Shown: positions 20,195 to 29,358, counted from the stretch's first letter. The stretch: 64,000 nucleotides of DNA from an uncultured Actinomycetes bacterium (GCA_963827725.1 CAWHBM010000003.1:173087-237086); one strand, 5' to 3'. Numbers and translations are program-made. The notes: generated by a model from the sequence alone, not told the origin.

Positions 20195-21106
20195 TCACGC
20201 GGTCCTCTCCACGACTGCGTCGGCGATCGCGTCCAGCTCGTCACGCGATTCGACTCCGTCGAGACAGGCGCGGGCCTGTTCGGCGTACTCGCGGGCGACC
20301 TCTTGTGCCTGCTCGATCGCACCGCTTGCGGCGACGCGAAGGAGCGCTCCGTCGAGCGAACCGCCGGCGAGCGCCCGGCGCACGACTTCGTCTTCCTGGG
20401 CGGCCAGCAGGAGCGGGAGCGTCGGGATTCCCTCGCGCAGGTCGGTGCCGGCGATCTTCCCGGTTTCGACCGTCTGGCCCGCGCAGTCGAGGCAGTCGTC
20501 GATGATCTGGAAGGCGATGCCGAGCGCGAGGCCGAACGCTCCCAGCTCGGCGCGCCGGCTCCCGAGCAGGCAGGCCGCCTCGAAGAGCTTGGCGGTCTTG
20601 AGCGAACAGCGTTCCACGTACTCCTCGACGGTTGTGTCGGGGCGGCGCCGCTGTCCCCGTTCGAGCGCCTCGCCCTGGACGAGGGCGAGCGCTGACTCGG
20701 CGAGGATGCCGACCCCTTCGGCGTCGCCGGTCTCGGCGAGCTCGGCAAAGGCGCGGGCGAAGAGGTAGACGCCTCCCGCGCTCGCGGCCTCGGGCCCGTA
20801 CGCCGACCAGACGGACGCGCGCCCGCGCCGGAGCTCCGCTCCGTCGATCAGGTCGTCGTGGACGAGGCTCGCCATGTGGACGAGCTCGATCGCGACGCCC
20901 GCCGCGAGCGGTGGGTCATCCTCCGCGGGCGCCGTGAGAAAGACGAGCAGCGGACGCAGCCGCTTTCCGCCCGAGGAGAGCGCCTCGCTCCCGATCTCGG
21001 CGACGAGCCCCGGCCTGGCGGCAACTGCCATGGCGAGGTCGTCCTCGAGCCGGTCGAGGTAGGCGTCGAGGCCTGGCGTCGCACGCACGGTTGCGATCGC
21101 GCTCAC
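20195..21106 (-). CDS. polyprenyl diphosphate synthase (trans-IPPS, long-chain type)
   Basis: First and second Asp-rich motifs LVHDDLIDG and FQIIDDCLD. GTGA overlap with the ubiE stop. Confidence 0.85.
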   Translation of the reverse strand: MSAIATVRATPGLDAYLDRLEDDLAMAVAARPGLVAEIGSEALSSGGKRLRPLLVFLTAPAEDDPPLAAGVAIELVHMASLVHDDLIDGAELRRGRASVWSAYGPEAASAGGVYLFARAFAELAETGDAEGVGILAESALALVQGEALERGQRRRPDTTVEEYVERCSLKTAKLFEAACLLGSRRAELGAFGLALGIAFQIIDDCLDCAGQTVETGKIAGTDLREGIPTLPLLLAAQEDEVVRRALAGGSLDGALLRVAASGAIEQAQEVAREYAEQARACLDGVESRDELDAIADAVVERTA

Positions 21107-21741
21107 CGGGCCGTCCCCGTATGCAGAGCGACGATGCCACCGGCAAAGAGGCGCCAGCGGACCTCGTCGAAGCCGGCCTCGTCGAGCAGCTTCGCCAGGC
21201 CTTCGGGCGCGGGGAACCTGCGCACGCTCGCCGGGAGGTACGAATAGGCAGAGCCGCCGGGGAGCACCTTTCCGGCAACCGGAATGACCCCGTCGAACCA
21301 GAAGCGGTAGAAGGGAGCCATCAGCCCCTTCGGCCGCGTGATTTCGAGAATGGCGAGACGGCCCCCGGGCCGCAGGACACGGCGCAGCTCTTCCAGTCCA
21401 CGCTCGACGTTCGAGAGGTTCCGGAGCCCGAAGCCGATCGTGACGACGTCAAACGACCCGTCCGCGAACGGCAGCCCCAGCGCGTCGCCTTCGAGCCATT
21501 CGACCTCGTCCGACTTGCGGCGCGCGCGCTCGAGCATCGGCTCGGAGAAGTCGAGGCCCGTCACTTTGCCCCCGGCCTTGGCTGCGGCGATCGCGAGGTC
21601 GCCGGTCCCGCAGCAGGCGTCGAGCACCCGGTCGCCGGGCCGCACGACGGCAGCGGCGGTCGCGTCCCGCCAGCGGCGATCGAGCCCGGCGGTCATCAGC
21701 CGGTTCATCGAGTCGTAGACCGGGGCGATCCGGTCGAACAT
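21103..21741 (-). CDS. ubiE: demethylmenaquinone / ubiquinone C-methyltransferase
   Basis: MFDRIAPVYDSMNRLMTAGLDRRWR and the SAM motif VLDACCGTGD. Third-codon-position GC (GC3) drops upstream of ATG 21741, so I prefer that start. Alternatives are GTG 21816 and ATG 21849. Confidence 0.8.
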   Translation of the reverse strand: MFDRIAPVYDSMNRLMTAGLDRRWRDATAAAVVRPGDRVLDACCGTGDLAIAAAKAGGKVTGLDFSEPMLERARRKSDEVEWLEGDALGLPFADGSFDVVTIGFGLRNLSNVERGLEELRRVLRPGGRLAILEITRPKGLMAPFYRFWFDGVIPVAGKVLPGGSAYSYLPASVRRFPAPEGLAKLLDEAGFDEVRWRLFAGGIVALHTGTAR

Positions 21742-21792
21742 GCGCCGACGCCCTCGGGCGGCAGGGTCCCGGTCTGCTGCGTCACGCCGACC

Positions 21793-21817
21793 CCGGACAT
21801 GTCCGGTGTCTGACACC
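21793..21817. repeat. palindromic repeat copy (CCGGACATGTCCGG + GGTGTCTGACACC)
   Basis: A perfect 14-nt palindrome abutting a GTCTGAC-core palindrome. It lies in the ubiX-ubiE intergenic region. Confidence 0.6.
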
Positions 21818-21881
21818 AAGTCATGTCTGTTCTGGCCCGCCACCCGCATAGCTCTGCGGTTGTGACTGTCCCTGGAGGCCG

Positions 21882-21904
21882 TGTCCGGTGTCAGACGCCG
21901 GACA
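21882..21904. repeat. palindromic repeat copy (TGTCCGG-TGTCAGACG-CCGGACA hairpin)
   Basis: 7-bp perfect arms around a GTCAGAC core. It shares GTCWGAC(A/G)CC and the CCGGACA arm with the copy at 21793 (arm order differs between the two). Confidence 0.6.
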
Positions 21905-21921
21905 GGGGTGTTGGACACGGG

Positions 21922-22512
21922 TCATTCGTCGCCCCACGGCTTGACCAGGGTCGTGTCGAGGCCTAGCTGGGCCAGGCAGCGGCCGGCGACGAAGTCGACG
22001 AGATCGTCGATCGTCTCGGCCCCGTGGTAGAAGCCGGGGGCCGCGAAGAGAATGACCGCGCCCGCCTGGCGCAGCGTCAGCAGGTTCTCGAGGTGAATCG
22101 TCGAGAGCGGCGTCTCGCGCGGGACGAGGACGAGCTTCCGCCCTTCCTTGAGTGCGACGCCGGCCGCCCGGTGGATCAGGTTCGCCTCGCCCCCCGTCGC
22201 GATCGTGCCCGCGGTCGCCATCGAGCAAGGGCAGACGACGTAGCCGTCGACGGGGGCCGACCCGCTGGCGTACGGCGCGGAGTAGTCGTGCGGGTCATAG
22301 ACCGTCGCCGCGGCGCCGGCCCGCTCCGTGAAGCGCGCCAGGACCTCGTCCCGCGGCAGCCGCGGGTCGCCGTACAGCTCCGTGGCGAGCACCTGCACGC
22401 CCGCAGCGGAGGCACAGATCCCGACTTCGCATTCGGCGGCCGCCAGAGCATCGACGAGGCGCGCGGCATACGGCGCTCCAGAGGCGCCCGTAATCCCGAG
22501 GAAAACTCTCAT
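21922..22512 (-). CDS. ubiX: flavin prenyltransferase UbiX
   Basis: MRVFLGITGASGAPYA...CPCSMATAG.... The 504-aa track ORF is a frameshift-generated composite. Confidence 0.85.
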   Translation of the reverse strand: MRVFLGITGASGAPYAARLVDALAAAECEVGICASAAGVQVLATELYGDPRLPRDEVLARFTERAGAAATVYDPHDYSAPYASGSAPVDGYVVCPCSMATAGTIATGGEANLIHRAAGVALKEGRKLVLVPRETPLSTIHLENLLTLRQAGAVILFAAPGFYHGAETIDDLVDFVAGRCLAQLGLDTTLVKPWGDE

Positions 22513-23340
22513 TGCGGGCCCTGGGAGGCCTGGAGGAACTCGCCGAGCTTGCGCAGGTTCTCCTCGCCGAACCCGGCGTACTGCGGCATCACGCTGTTGC
22601 CGAACTCCGACGGGTCGGCCACGTACGCCGCGAAGCCCTCCACGCCGCGGTTCGAGGTCGCACCGATCTCGGACAGATCCGGCGCACCGAGGTTCGTTGC
22701 CCCGGAGCCCAGATACGTGTGGCAGTTCTGGCAGCCGACACTGGCGAAGATCGTTGCTCCCTCGACCGCGTCCGGATTGTCGGCGAAACCCTGGATCTCG
22801 GCCCACTCGCTCACCAGCTCGAGACTCGCGCCCGGCTCTTTCGCCGTCGCGCCGAGCCAGCTCAGCGTCCCCATCGAGATCACGGTCACTATGGCCGCCA
22901 CCATCGCAACCGGACGGCGCAGCGGCCGCCGCTCGCTGCCGCACGTCCAGGAACGGAAACGCGAGCAGAAGCACGAGAGCGATCGTCGGAACGCCGACCG
23001 TGCCGAGGATGACCGAGTCCGGCCACTTGAAGATCCGCAGCAGGTAGAAGAGGAAGTAGAAGTACCAGTCGGGCCGCGGAGTGAAGCTCGTCGTCCCGGG
23101 GTCCGCCTTGTCGTCGTAGAGCCTCCCGAACCAGCCGGAGCCCGACGCTCCTTCGGGATCGGTCGCTTCGTCGGCCGTGAACTTCCAGACGACCGTCATG
23201 GCGACGATCAGACAAACCACGAACAGGCTCATCACGGTGTCGTGGAACATCGCGAACGGGAAGAACGGCTTCCCCCGCTGCTTGACGTCCTTCTTGTACT
23301 GCTGGTACTCCGCGCGCCGCCGGTCGAGCCCCCTGCTCAT
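22509..23340 (-). pseudogene. qcrC: menaquinol:cytochrome c reductase subunit IV-cytochrome c fusion (QcrC, Bacillus type), apparent +1 frameshift near 22938
   Basis: The N-terminal part (start 23340) carries PRPDWYFYFLFYLLRIFKWP, the cytochrome b C-terminal/PetD-like region. The C-terminal part (22509..22904 frame) has the haem-c site CQNCH. Length is 832 nt (3n+1). Confidence 0.75.
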
Positions 23341-24125
23341 CGCTTGCGCCTCCCTCGTGAGCCGGGCGCGACCAATCCCTTGCGCGGCGGAGGCGGCGGG
23401 CCCGGGCGCGGCCTGCCGGCGGCCGTCGGCGACCACGGCGGCGAGGTCACGCCAAGGCGCACGACCAGGTAGAGGTGGAAAATGATCAGCCCGGCGAGGG
23501 CTCCCGGTATGACGAGCATGTGCAGCGTGTAGAACCGCGGCAGCGTCTCCGGACCAATTTCAGCCCCTCCCTGGAGAACTTGACCGAGAAACGGCCCGAC
23601 GAACGGCCCCGTCGCCTGCAGGTTGACGCCGACGACGGTCGCCCAGTACGCCGTCTGGTCCCAGGGCAGGAGGTAGCCGAAGAAGCCCTCCATCATCCCG
23701 AGCACGAGGATCAGGGCACCGACGATCCAGTTCAGCTCACGCGGGTACTTGTAAGCGCCGTAGAGGAACACCCGGCCCATGTGCAGGAAGAGCAGGATGA
23801 TGAAGACGCTCGCGCCCCAGCGGTGCATGCCGCGGACGAGCCAGCCGAGCGTGAGGTCGTCCGTGATGTGACGGATCGACTCGTAGGCCGAGTTCGGATC
23901 CGGCTTGTAGTACATCGCCAGGATCACGCCGGTGATGGCCTGGACGATGAAGGCGGTCAGCGAGGCCGAGCCGAGCGTGTGGCCCCAGCTGATGTCGCCG
24001 GGCACCTTGCGGAAGAGGAAGTACTTGACGCCGCCGATGAGCCCGGAGCGCTCTTCCAGCCAGCTCAGTGGGTACAGGAGCAGCATCAGGAGCTGCTTGC
24101 CTCGGCCTGGCTTCGACTTTGCCAT
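23337..24125 (-). CDS. qcrB: cytochrome b6-type subunit of menaquinol:cytochrome c reductase
   Basis: Start MAKSKPG at 24125 (TGATG overlap with qcrA). Motifs WGHTLGS, GMHRWGASVFI, YLLPWDQ and TLHMLV. Confidence 0.85.
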   Translation of the reverse strand: MAKSKPGRGKQLLMLLLYPLSWLEERSGLIGGVKYFLFRKVPGDISWGHTLGSASLTAFIVQAITGVILAMYYKPDPNSAYESIRHITDDLTLGWLVRGMHRWGASVFIILLFLHMGRVFLYGAYKYPRELNWIVGALILVLGMMEGFFGYLLPWDQTAYWATVVGVNLQATGPFVGPFLGQVLQGGAEIGPETLPRFYTLHMLVIPGALAGLIIFHLYLVVRLGVTSPPWSPTAAGRPRPGPPPPPRKGLVAPGSRGRRKR

Positions 24126-25069
24126 CAGCGGGGCGGCTGGACCGGATAGAGCAAGCCCGAGACGCCATCGACGTGCTGCCCGGGGCCGCTGAGCGGGTAC
24201 GCATGGATCATCGCCTCGGCTCCCATCCCGTCCACTTCGGAGACGGAGTAGGTCTTGCCGAGGAGGAGCCGACCGTCCTCGATGCGGAACAGGTAGCGGT
24301 CGAGCGCGCGCACCGGCGGGCCGGCCGTGCGATTCCCTTCGTTGTCGTACTGACCTCCGTGACACGGACAGCCGAAGCCGGCGGCGGCCTCGGTCGGGAT
24401 GAGGTCCACGTTCTTAACGGTCGTCTTCTCGTCGTCGAGCGGCAATCCGTTCACCTGAACGGGGCAGCCGAGGTGGACACACCGGTTCGAAAGGATCGTG
24501 AAGCTCGGGTTGCCTTCGAGCAGGCCGTTGTTGCGGATGTACGCAGTTCGCCGCGAGACCTCGCCTTGCTCGGGGTCGAGCAGGAAGGTCGCGATCACGA
24601 ACTTGTTCAACGGGAAGTCGTCGACGGCGCCGACGTCGACCTCAGGATGGTCCTGAGCGATGAAGGGCGGCAGCATGGTGAAACCAAGGATGGGCGCGGT
24701 GATGATTCCGCCGATCACCGCGCCCAGACCGAGCGTCGAGGCCTCGAGGAACTTCGACCGCGGGTAGCGGACGATCTCGCCTTCGTCCAACTCCGACAGG
24801 GCGGGCTCTGCCTTGTGGGCTGGGATCGGCTCAGGCTCCGCGGGCTCCTGCACCGGCCCTGCTCGGTACCCGCTCGTGACGTCGCGGATCCAGAGGAAGC
24901 CGAAGATCGCCGTGAGCACCGCGCCGACTGCCAGGACGATCGTGCCGAGGATCAGGCCGACGAGGATGCAAGCGATGCCGACGGCAAAGCCAACCGGCCA
25001 GATGGTCGGCGCAGGCTCGTGCTGAGTGCCGTGACCGCCGTGCGGATCCACGTCGTGACGCGGATTCAA
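24125..25069 (-). CDS. qcrA: Rieske 2Fe-2S subunit of menaquinol:cytochrome c reductase
   Basis: CVHLGCP and CPCHGGQY cluster-binding boxes, N-terminal TM helices, TTG start at 25069. Confidence 0.85.
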   Translation of the reverse strand: MNPRHDVDPHGGHGTQHEPAPTIWPVGFAVGIACILVGLILGTIVLAVGAVLTAIFGFLWIRDVTSGYRAGPVQEPAEPEPIPAHKAEPALSELDEGEIVRYPRSKFLEASTLGLGAVIGGIITAPILGFTMLPPFIAQDHPEVDVGAVDDFPLNKFVIATFLLDPEQGEVSRRTAYIRNNGLLEGNPSFTILSNRCVHLGCPVQVNGLPLDDEKTTVKNVDLIPTEAAAGFGCPCHGGQYDNEGNRTAGPPVRALDRYLFRIEDGRLLLGKTYSVSEVDGMGAEAMIHAYPLSGPGQHVDGVSGLLYPVQPPR

Positions 25070-25088
25070 TCGGTCTCCGGACTCATCG

Positions 25089-26588
25089 TCAACGACGTAG
25101 CAATTGGCGCAACGGCCGCGACAGGCGGCCGTCGATATCGTCGGGAGCTTCGTCGAGCCCGTACTCGGCCCAACGGCGGTCGACGAGGGAGCGGATCTCG
25201 TCGCTCATGACGATCTCGTCTGGCCACTCGCGGGTGCCCTCGTCCGGGCCCTTGTGCGTCGCGTCGATGCCGATCTTGCCGCCGTAGAACTGGCGCGTCG
25301 GGGCGTGGTCGAGGTGGTCGAGCGGCCCCTCGCTGAGCATGACGTCGCGTTGTGGATCGACGTTCGCGGTCACCCGGAAGAAGACCTCCTCGTAATCGTG
25401 GACGTTCACGTGCTCGTCCACGATGACGACCGACTTCGTGAGGCTGAGGAGGCCGAGGCCCCAGATCGCGTGCATCACCTTCTGGGCCTGGCCGGGAAAG
25501 CTCTTGCGGATCGAGACGATCACGCAGTTGTGGAACGCACCCGCGACGGGCAGGTCGTAGTCGACGATCTCGGGCACGCTCATCTTGATCGCCGGCAGGA
25601 AGATGCGCTCGGTTGCCTTGCCGAGCCACGCGTCCTCGGCGGGCGGCTTGCCGACGACGATCGACGGGTAGATCGCGTCGGCGCGCATGGTCATCGCGGT
25701 CACGTGGAAGACCGGGAACGGCTCGGCCGCCGAGTAGTAGCCGGTGTGGTCGCCGAACGGGCCTTCGAGCGTCTCGTCCCCTTGCTCCACGTAGCCCTCG
25801 AGCACGATCTCTGCGTTCGCGGGCACCTCCACGTCCACGGTCTTGCCTTTCACGAGCCCAACCGGTTCTCCCTTCAGGAACCCGGCGAGCATGAACTCGT
25901 CGATGTGCTTCGGGAGCGGCGCGGAGGCGGAGTAGGCGCTCACCGGATCGAGGCCGAGCGCGACGGCGACCTCGAGACGCCCGTCGGTGGCGAGGTAGTC
26001 CATGCGCCCGTCCTTGTGCAGCTGCCAGTGCATCGCGGTCGAGCGCGGGCCGAGCTTCTGCATGCGGTACATGCCGACGTTCCGCGTGCCGGTCTTCGGA
26101 TCGTGGGTGATGACGGCCGGGAGCGTTATGAAAGGCGCGGGGTCGCCGGGCCAGCAGTGCTGGATCGGCAGGAGGTCGAGATCGACGTCGTCGCCTTCGA
26201 GCACGACGTCGTGGTGGGCCGCGCGGCGAACCGTCTTCGGACGCGAGTCGGCGATCGACTTGAGCGTCTTCAGCCCGCGGACCTTCTCGGCCAGGCCCTG
26301 CGGGGGTTGCATCTCGAGGACGGACTCGAGCTTCGCGGCCGCATCGTCGAGCCGCTCGACCCCGAACGCGAGGCACATGCGGCGCTCGGTGCCGAACTGG
26401 TTGATCAGCAGCGGGTGGCTCGAGCCCGTCGGGTTCTCGAAAAGGAGCGCCGGCCCTCCTGCCCTGACCGTCCGGTCGACGATCTCGGTCACCTCGAGGT
26501 ACGGGTCGACCTCGGTGGTCACGCGAACGAGCTCGCCTTCAGTCTCGAGGAGCCCGATCCACTCCCGCAGGTCACTCGGCGGCGTCAT
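25089..26588 (-). CDS. UbiD-family (prFMN-dependent) decarboxylase, menaquinone-associated
   Basis: Start MTPPSDLREWIGLLE at 26588. Motifs MYRMQ and GPFGDHTGYY. The 619-aa track ORF over-extends at the 5' end. Confidence 0.85.
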   Translation of the reverse strand: MTPPSDLREWIGLLETEGELVRVTTEVDPYLEVTEIVDRTVRAGGPALLFENPTGSSHPLLINQFGTERRMCLAFGVERLDDAAAKLESVLEMQPPQGLAEKVRGLKTLKSIADSRPKTVRRAAHHDVVLEGDDVDLDLLPIQHCWPGDPAPFITLPAVITHDPKTGTRNVGMYRMQKLGPRSTAMHWQLHKDGRMDYLATDGRLEVAVALGLDPVSAYSASAPLPKHIDEFMLAGFLKGEPVGLVKGKTVDVEVPANAEIVLEGYVEQGDETLEGPFGDHTGYYSAAEPFPVFHVTAMTMRADAIYPSIVVGKPPAEDAWLGKATERIFLPAIKMSVPEIVDYDLPVAGAFHNCVIVSIRKSFPGQAQKVMHAIWGLGLLSLTKSVVIVDEHVNVHDYEEVFFRVTANVDPQRDVMLSEGPLDHLDHAPTRQFYGGKIGIDATHKGPDEGTREWPDEIVMSDEIRSLVDRRWAEYGLDEAPDDIDGRLSRPLRQLLRR

Positions 26589-26598
26589 CGCGGTCAGT

Positions 26599-29154
26599 CT
26601 AGGTCGACATTGCCTCTGACACTGCGGCATCGATCGAAAGCGCACGACCCTCGGCGCGGAGTGCATCGAGCCGGTCGTCGCCGAGACCTGCGCGAAGATC
26701 GTCCTCGAGCTTGGCCCGCACCCTGTCCGCGTACGCCTCGAATCTGAGAGGAAGCTCGTGCTGGAGGCGTTCTGCTTGACCGAGGAGACGTGCCGCCCGA
26801 TCGGGGTCGCCCGCGGCGAGGGACAGAGCACCGAGCCCGACGAGGCAGTACGCAATGTTCTCCTTCCACTCCATTCGCACCGCAGCAGTAGTGGCTTCTC
26901 CAAATCGCTCTCGCGCCTGATCGAACCGTCCCTCCCCGAGTTCGGCAAAACCGAGATCGCACATGCCGTTGGCGATGAAAATGTCCCACTCGTGCTTCTG
27001 CGCGATCGCCAGCGCCTCTTCGAGCGCCGGTCGAGCGTGCCTGTAATCAGCCTGGTTCAGCGCCAGCAAGCCGAGGTTGTGCATCGAGGTTTGTGCGCCG
27101 GCCTCGTCGCCAATGCGTTCGCGAACCGACTTCGCCCGCTCGAGCAGATCACGCGCCTCTTCATAGCTGCCGTCGCCCACGGCGATCACGCCGAGCAAGT
27201 TGAGGGCCTCCCCCGAGCTTCTCTCATCGTGCGTTTCCGCATTAAGGCGAACGAGTTGCTCGGCGAGGTCGCGAGCCGTTGCGTAATCGCCCTGCTTGTA
27301 CGCGATCAGCCCCGCGGCGCTCAAAGCGCGGGCGCGGACCTCGGCCGGCGCCTCAGGATCACGGTCGAGCGCCTCCACGATGCGGCGCAATCCCTCTGCG
27401 AGATGGCCATGGAGTTCCCAGAACCTCCCGGTGAGAGCCACGAGCCGCAGCTCGAGCCTCGGGTCATCGAGCCTTCGCGCAAGCTGAATTGCCGCCCGGA
27501 GGTTGTCCTGCTCGGAACCCACGCGCTCGAGCCAGTCAGACGTCACGCGCCGGAAACTGGATTCCTCGTCGACACCGGAGTCCTTGACGCTCACGAAGCC
27601 CAGGAAGAACTCGATGTGGCGGCGGGCGACCCGCTCGACTTCGCCGCTCTCCTCTAGGCGCTCGAGCGCGAACTCCCGGATCGTCTCGAGCATCCGAAAG
27701 CGCTCCTCGTGGTGCCGGACGAGGCTCTTCTCGACGAGCGACGTGAGCACGTCGAGATCCGCGTCGCAGACCTGCTCGGCCGCGGGGAGCGTGAACCCGC
27801 CCACGAACAAGGCGAGCCGTGCGAAGAGTCTCTGCTCGCCCTCGTCGAGCAGCTCGTAGCTCCAGGCGATGGTGTCCCGCAGCGTCCGCTGCCGGTCGGG
27901 CAGGTCGCGAGCGCCGACGCTCAGCATCGGCAGCCGCTGCTCGAGTCGCTCGAGCAACGCCGTGGGGGAGAGAACTTTCGCGCGCGCAGCGGCCAACTCG
28001 ATCGCAAGCGGTAGGCCGTCAAGCCGGCGGCAGATCTCGCCGACGGTGGTCGCGTCGCCGTTCAGCCGGAAGTCCGGCTTGATCGCCTCCGCCCGTTCGC
28101 AAAAGAGCGCAACCGCGTCCTCGTCGGCAAGCTCCGGGATCGGATACTCCCACTCGCCCGAGACCCGCAACGGCGCCCTGCTGGAGGAAATCGCCTTGAG
28201 AGCCGGAGCGTTGAGCACGAGCTGGTGGATCTGCGGCGCGGCATCGAGGACGTGCTCGAGGTTGTCGAGCACGAGCAGCACCTCCCGCTCATGCACGAAC
28301 CGCTCGAGAGCCTCCTCCGCTGACAGACCGCCGGACTCCTTCACTCCGAGCGTCTGGGCGATAGCCGGGATCACCAGCGATGGCTCGGCGACACCGACCA
28401 GACTGACGAAGAAGACGCCGTCGGCGAAGTCGTCGAGCAGATCCGCCGCGGCCTGCAATGCGAGCCTCGTCTTGCCCGCGCCGCCCGGGCCCGTCACGGT
28501 GAGGAGGCGTACGTCGACACGGCGGAGGAGCTCGCCGACCTCAGCCAGCTCCTGCTCGCGTCCGATCAGGCGTGTCGGCTGGGGCGGAATGTTGGTCGGC
28601 CGAGTCTCGAGCGTCGCGAGCGCCGGAAACTCCCTCTCTAGCCCTTCGCCGACGAGCTGGAAGATCGGCTGCGGCGCGCTGAGGTCCTTGAGCCTGTGCT
28701 CGCCGAGATTGTCGAGCGCGAGGTCTGCCGGGAGATCCGCCTCGACGAGATCTCGGGCCGATTGCGAGATGAGGACCTGGCCGCCGTGACCAACCGCGGC
28801 TATGCGCGCAGCTCGGTGAACGTCCATCCCGACGTAGCCCTCGTCCGTCCGCAGCGGCTCGCCGGTGTGGATACCGATGCGAACCTGGATCGGCCCTGCG
28901 GCGAGACCGCGCTGAGCGCTGGCGGCGGCCGCGACGGCGTCCGTGGCTCGGGCGAACGCGACAAAGAACGCATCGCCCTGGGTGTCGACCTCGACGCCGC
29001 GGTGGGCGGAAAACGCGTCCCTGAGCAGCGCGCGATGCTTCGCCAGTGCATGTGCGTATCCATCACCGAGCTCGCTCAGCAGCCGCGTCGAGCCCTCGAT
29101 GTCTGTGAACAGGAAGGTGACGGTGCCGGTAGGCAGCTCGGCCATGCCGGTCAA
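26599..29154 (-). CDS. class III nucleotidyl cyclase domain - STAND/AAA ATPase - TPR protein
   Basis: The N-terminal cyclase homology domain has VTFLFTDIEGST, DTQGDAFFVAF, IGIHTGEP and VHRAARI. A P-loop VTGPGGAGKTRLAL follows, then a C-terminal half of TPR-like repeats. I see no HTH. Confidence 0.8.
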   Translation of the reverse strand: MTGMAELPTGTVTFLFTDIEGSTRLLSELGDGYAHALAKHRALLRDAFSAHRGVEVDTQGDAFFVAFARATDAVAAAASAQRGLAAGPIQVRIGIHTGEPLRTDEGYVGMDVHRAARIAAVGHGGQVLISQSARDLVEADLPADLALDNLGEHRLKDLSAPQPIFQLVGEGLEREFPALATLETRPTNIPPQPTRLIGREQELAEVGELLRRVDVRLLTVTGPGGAGKTRLALQAAADLLDDFADGVFFVSLVGVAEPSLVIPAIAQTLGVKESGGLSAEEALERFVHEREVLLVLDNLEHVLDAAPQIHQLVLNAPALKAISSSRAPLRVSGEWEYPIPELADEDAVALFCERAEAIKPDFRLNGDATTVGEICRRLDGLPLAIELAAARAKVLSPTALLERLEQRLPMLSVGARDLPDRQRTLRDTIAWSYELLDEGEQRLFARLALFVGGFTLPAAEQVCDADLDVLTSLVEKSLVRHHEERFRMLETIREFALERLEESGEVERVARRHIEFFLGFVSVKDSGVDEESSFRRVTSDWLERVGSEQDNLRAAIQLARRLDDPRLELRLVALTGRFWELHGHLAEGLRRIVEALDRDPEAPAEVRARALSAAGLIAYKQGDYATARDLAEQLVRLNAETHDERSSGEALNLLGVIAVGDGSYEEARDLLERAKSVRERIGDEAGAQTSMHNLGLLALNQADYRHARPALEEALAIAQKHEWDIFIANGMCDLGFAELGEGRFDQARERFGEATTAAVRMEWKENIAYCLVGLGALSLAAGDPDRAARLLGQAERLQHELPLRFEAYADRVRAKLEDDLRAGLGDDRLDALRAEGRALSIDAAVSEAMST

Positions 29155-29179
29155 GTGAAGCGCGTCGGGGACGAGCCGT

Positions 29180-29347
29180 CTAGTGCGGGCTGCGGCCGCG
29201 ACGGTGGTACTTGAAGTACATGTACGTCTCGCCGAGGAGGGGCGGCGCCGCGAGGATCAGCCCGATGACGAGCATCCCGATGATCACCTTCTTGCCCTCC
29301 GCGGCTGCGTCGGCGAGGACGAAGGCAGCTGCAAGCACGTGACCCAT
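29180..29347 (-). CDS. small single-TM protein (hypothetical)
   Basis: 55 aa, MGHVLAAAFVLADAAAEGKKVIIGMLVIGLILAAPPLLG.... It is tightly packed between neighbouring genes. Confidence 0.35.
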   Translation of the reverse strand: MGHVLAAAFVLADAAAEGKKVIIGMLVIGLILAAPPLLGETYMYFKYHRRGRSPH

Positions 29348-29358
29348 GGGCTGCGACT

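Noticed and set aside
20146-20195. A definite frameshift in the mqnE 5' end
   Set aside because: ATG 20195 (TGATG coupling) plus removal of one base would give MAVLDRLSTLEPIREKVEAG.... GTG 20146 is also an acceptable in-frame start, so the break is only possible, not demonstrated.
21922-23436. 504-aa ORF apparently fusing a cytochrome b subunit IV-like N-terminus to UbiX
   Set aside because: The middle third is low-complexity out-of-frame sequence. The cytochrome c part (CQNCH) lies in another frame (22509..22904). UbiX has its own ATG at 22512. The ORF is a composite created by the break near 22938.
26599-29347. Cyclase-STAND-TPR plus small TM protein as an anti-phage (Avs/Pycsar-like) system
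   Set aside because: The neighbourhood is purely housekeeping (haem, quinone, bc complex). I recognised no nuclease, TIR or other effector. The family is abundant as signalling proteins in actinobacteria. I kept it only as a low-interest architecture note.
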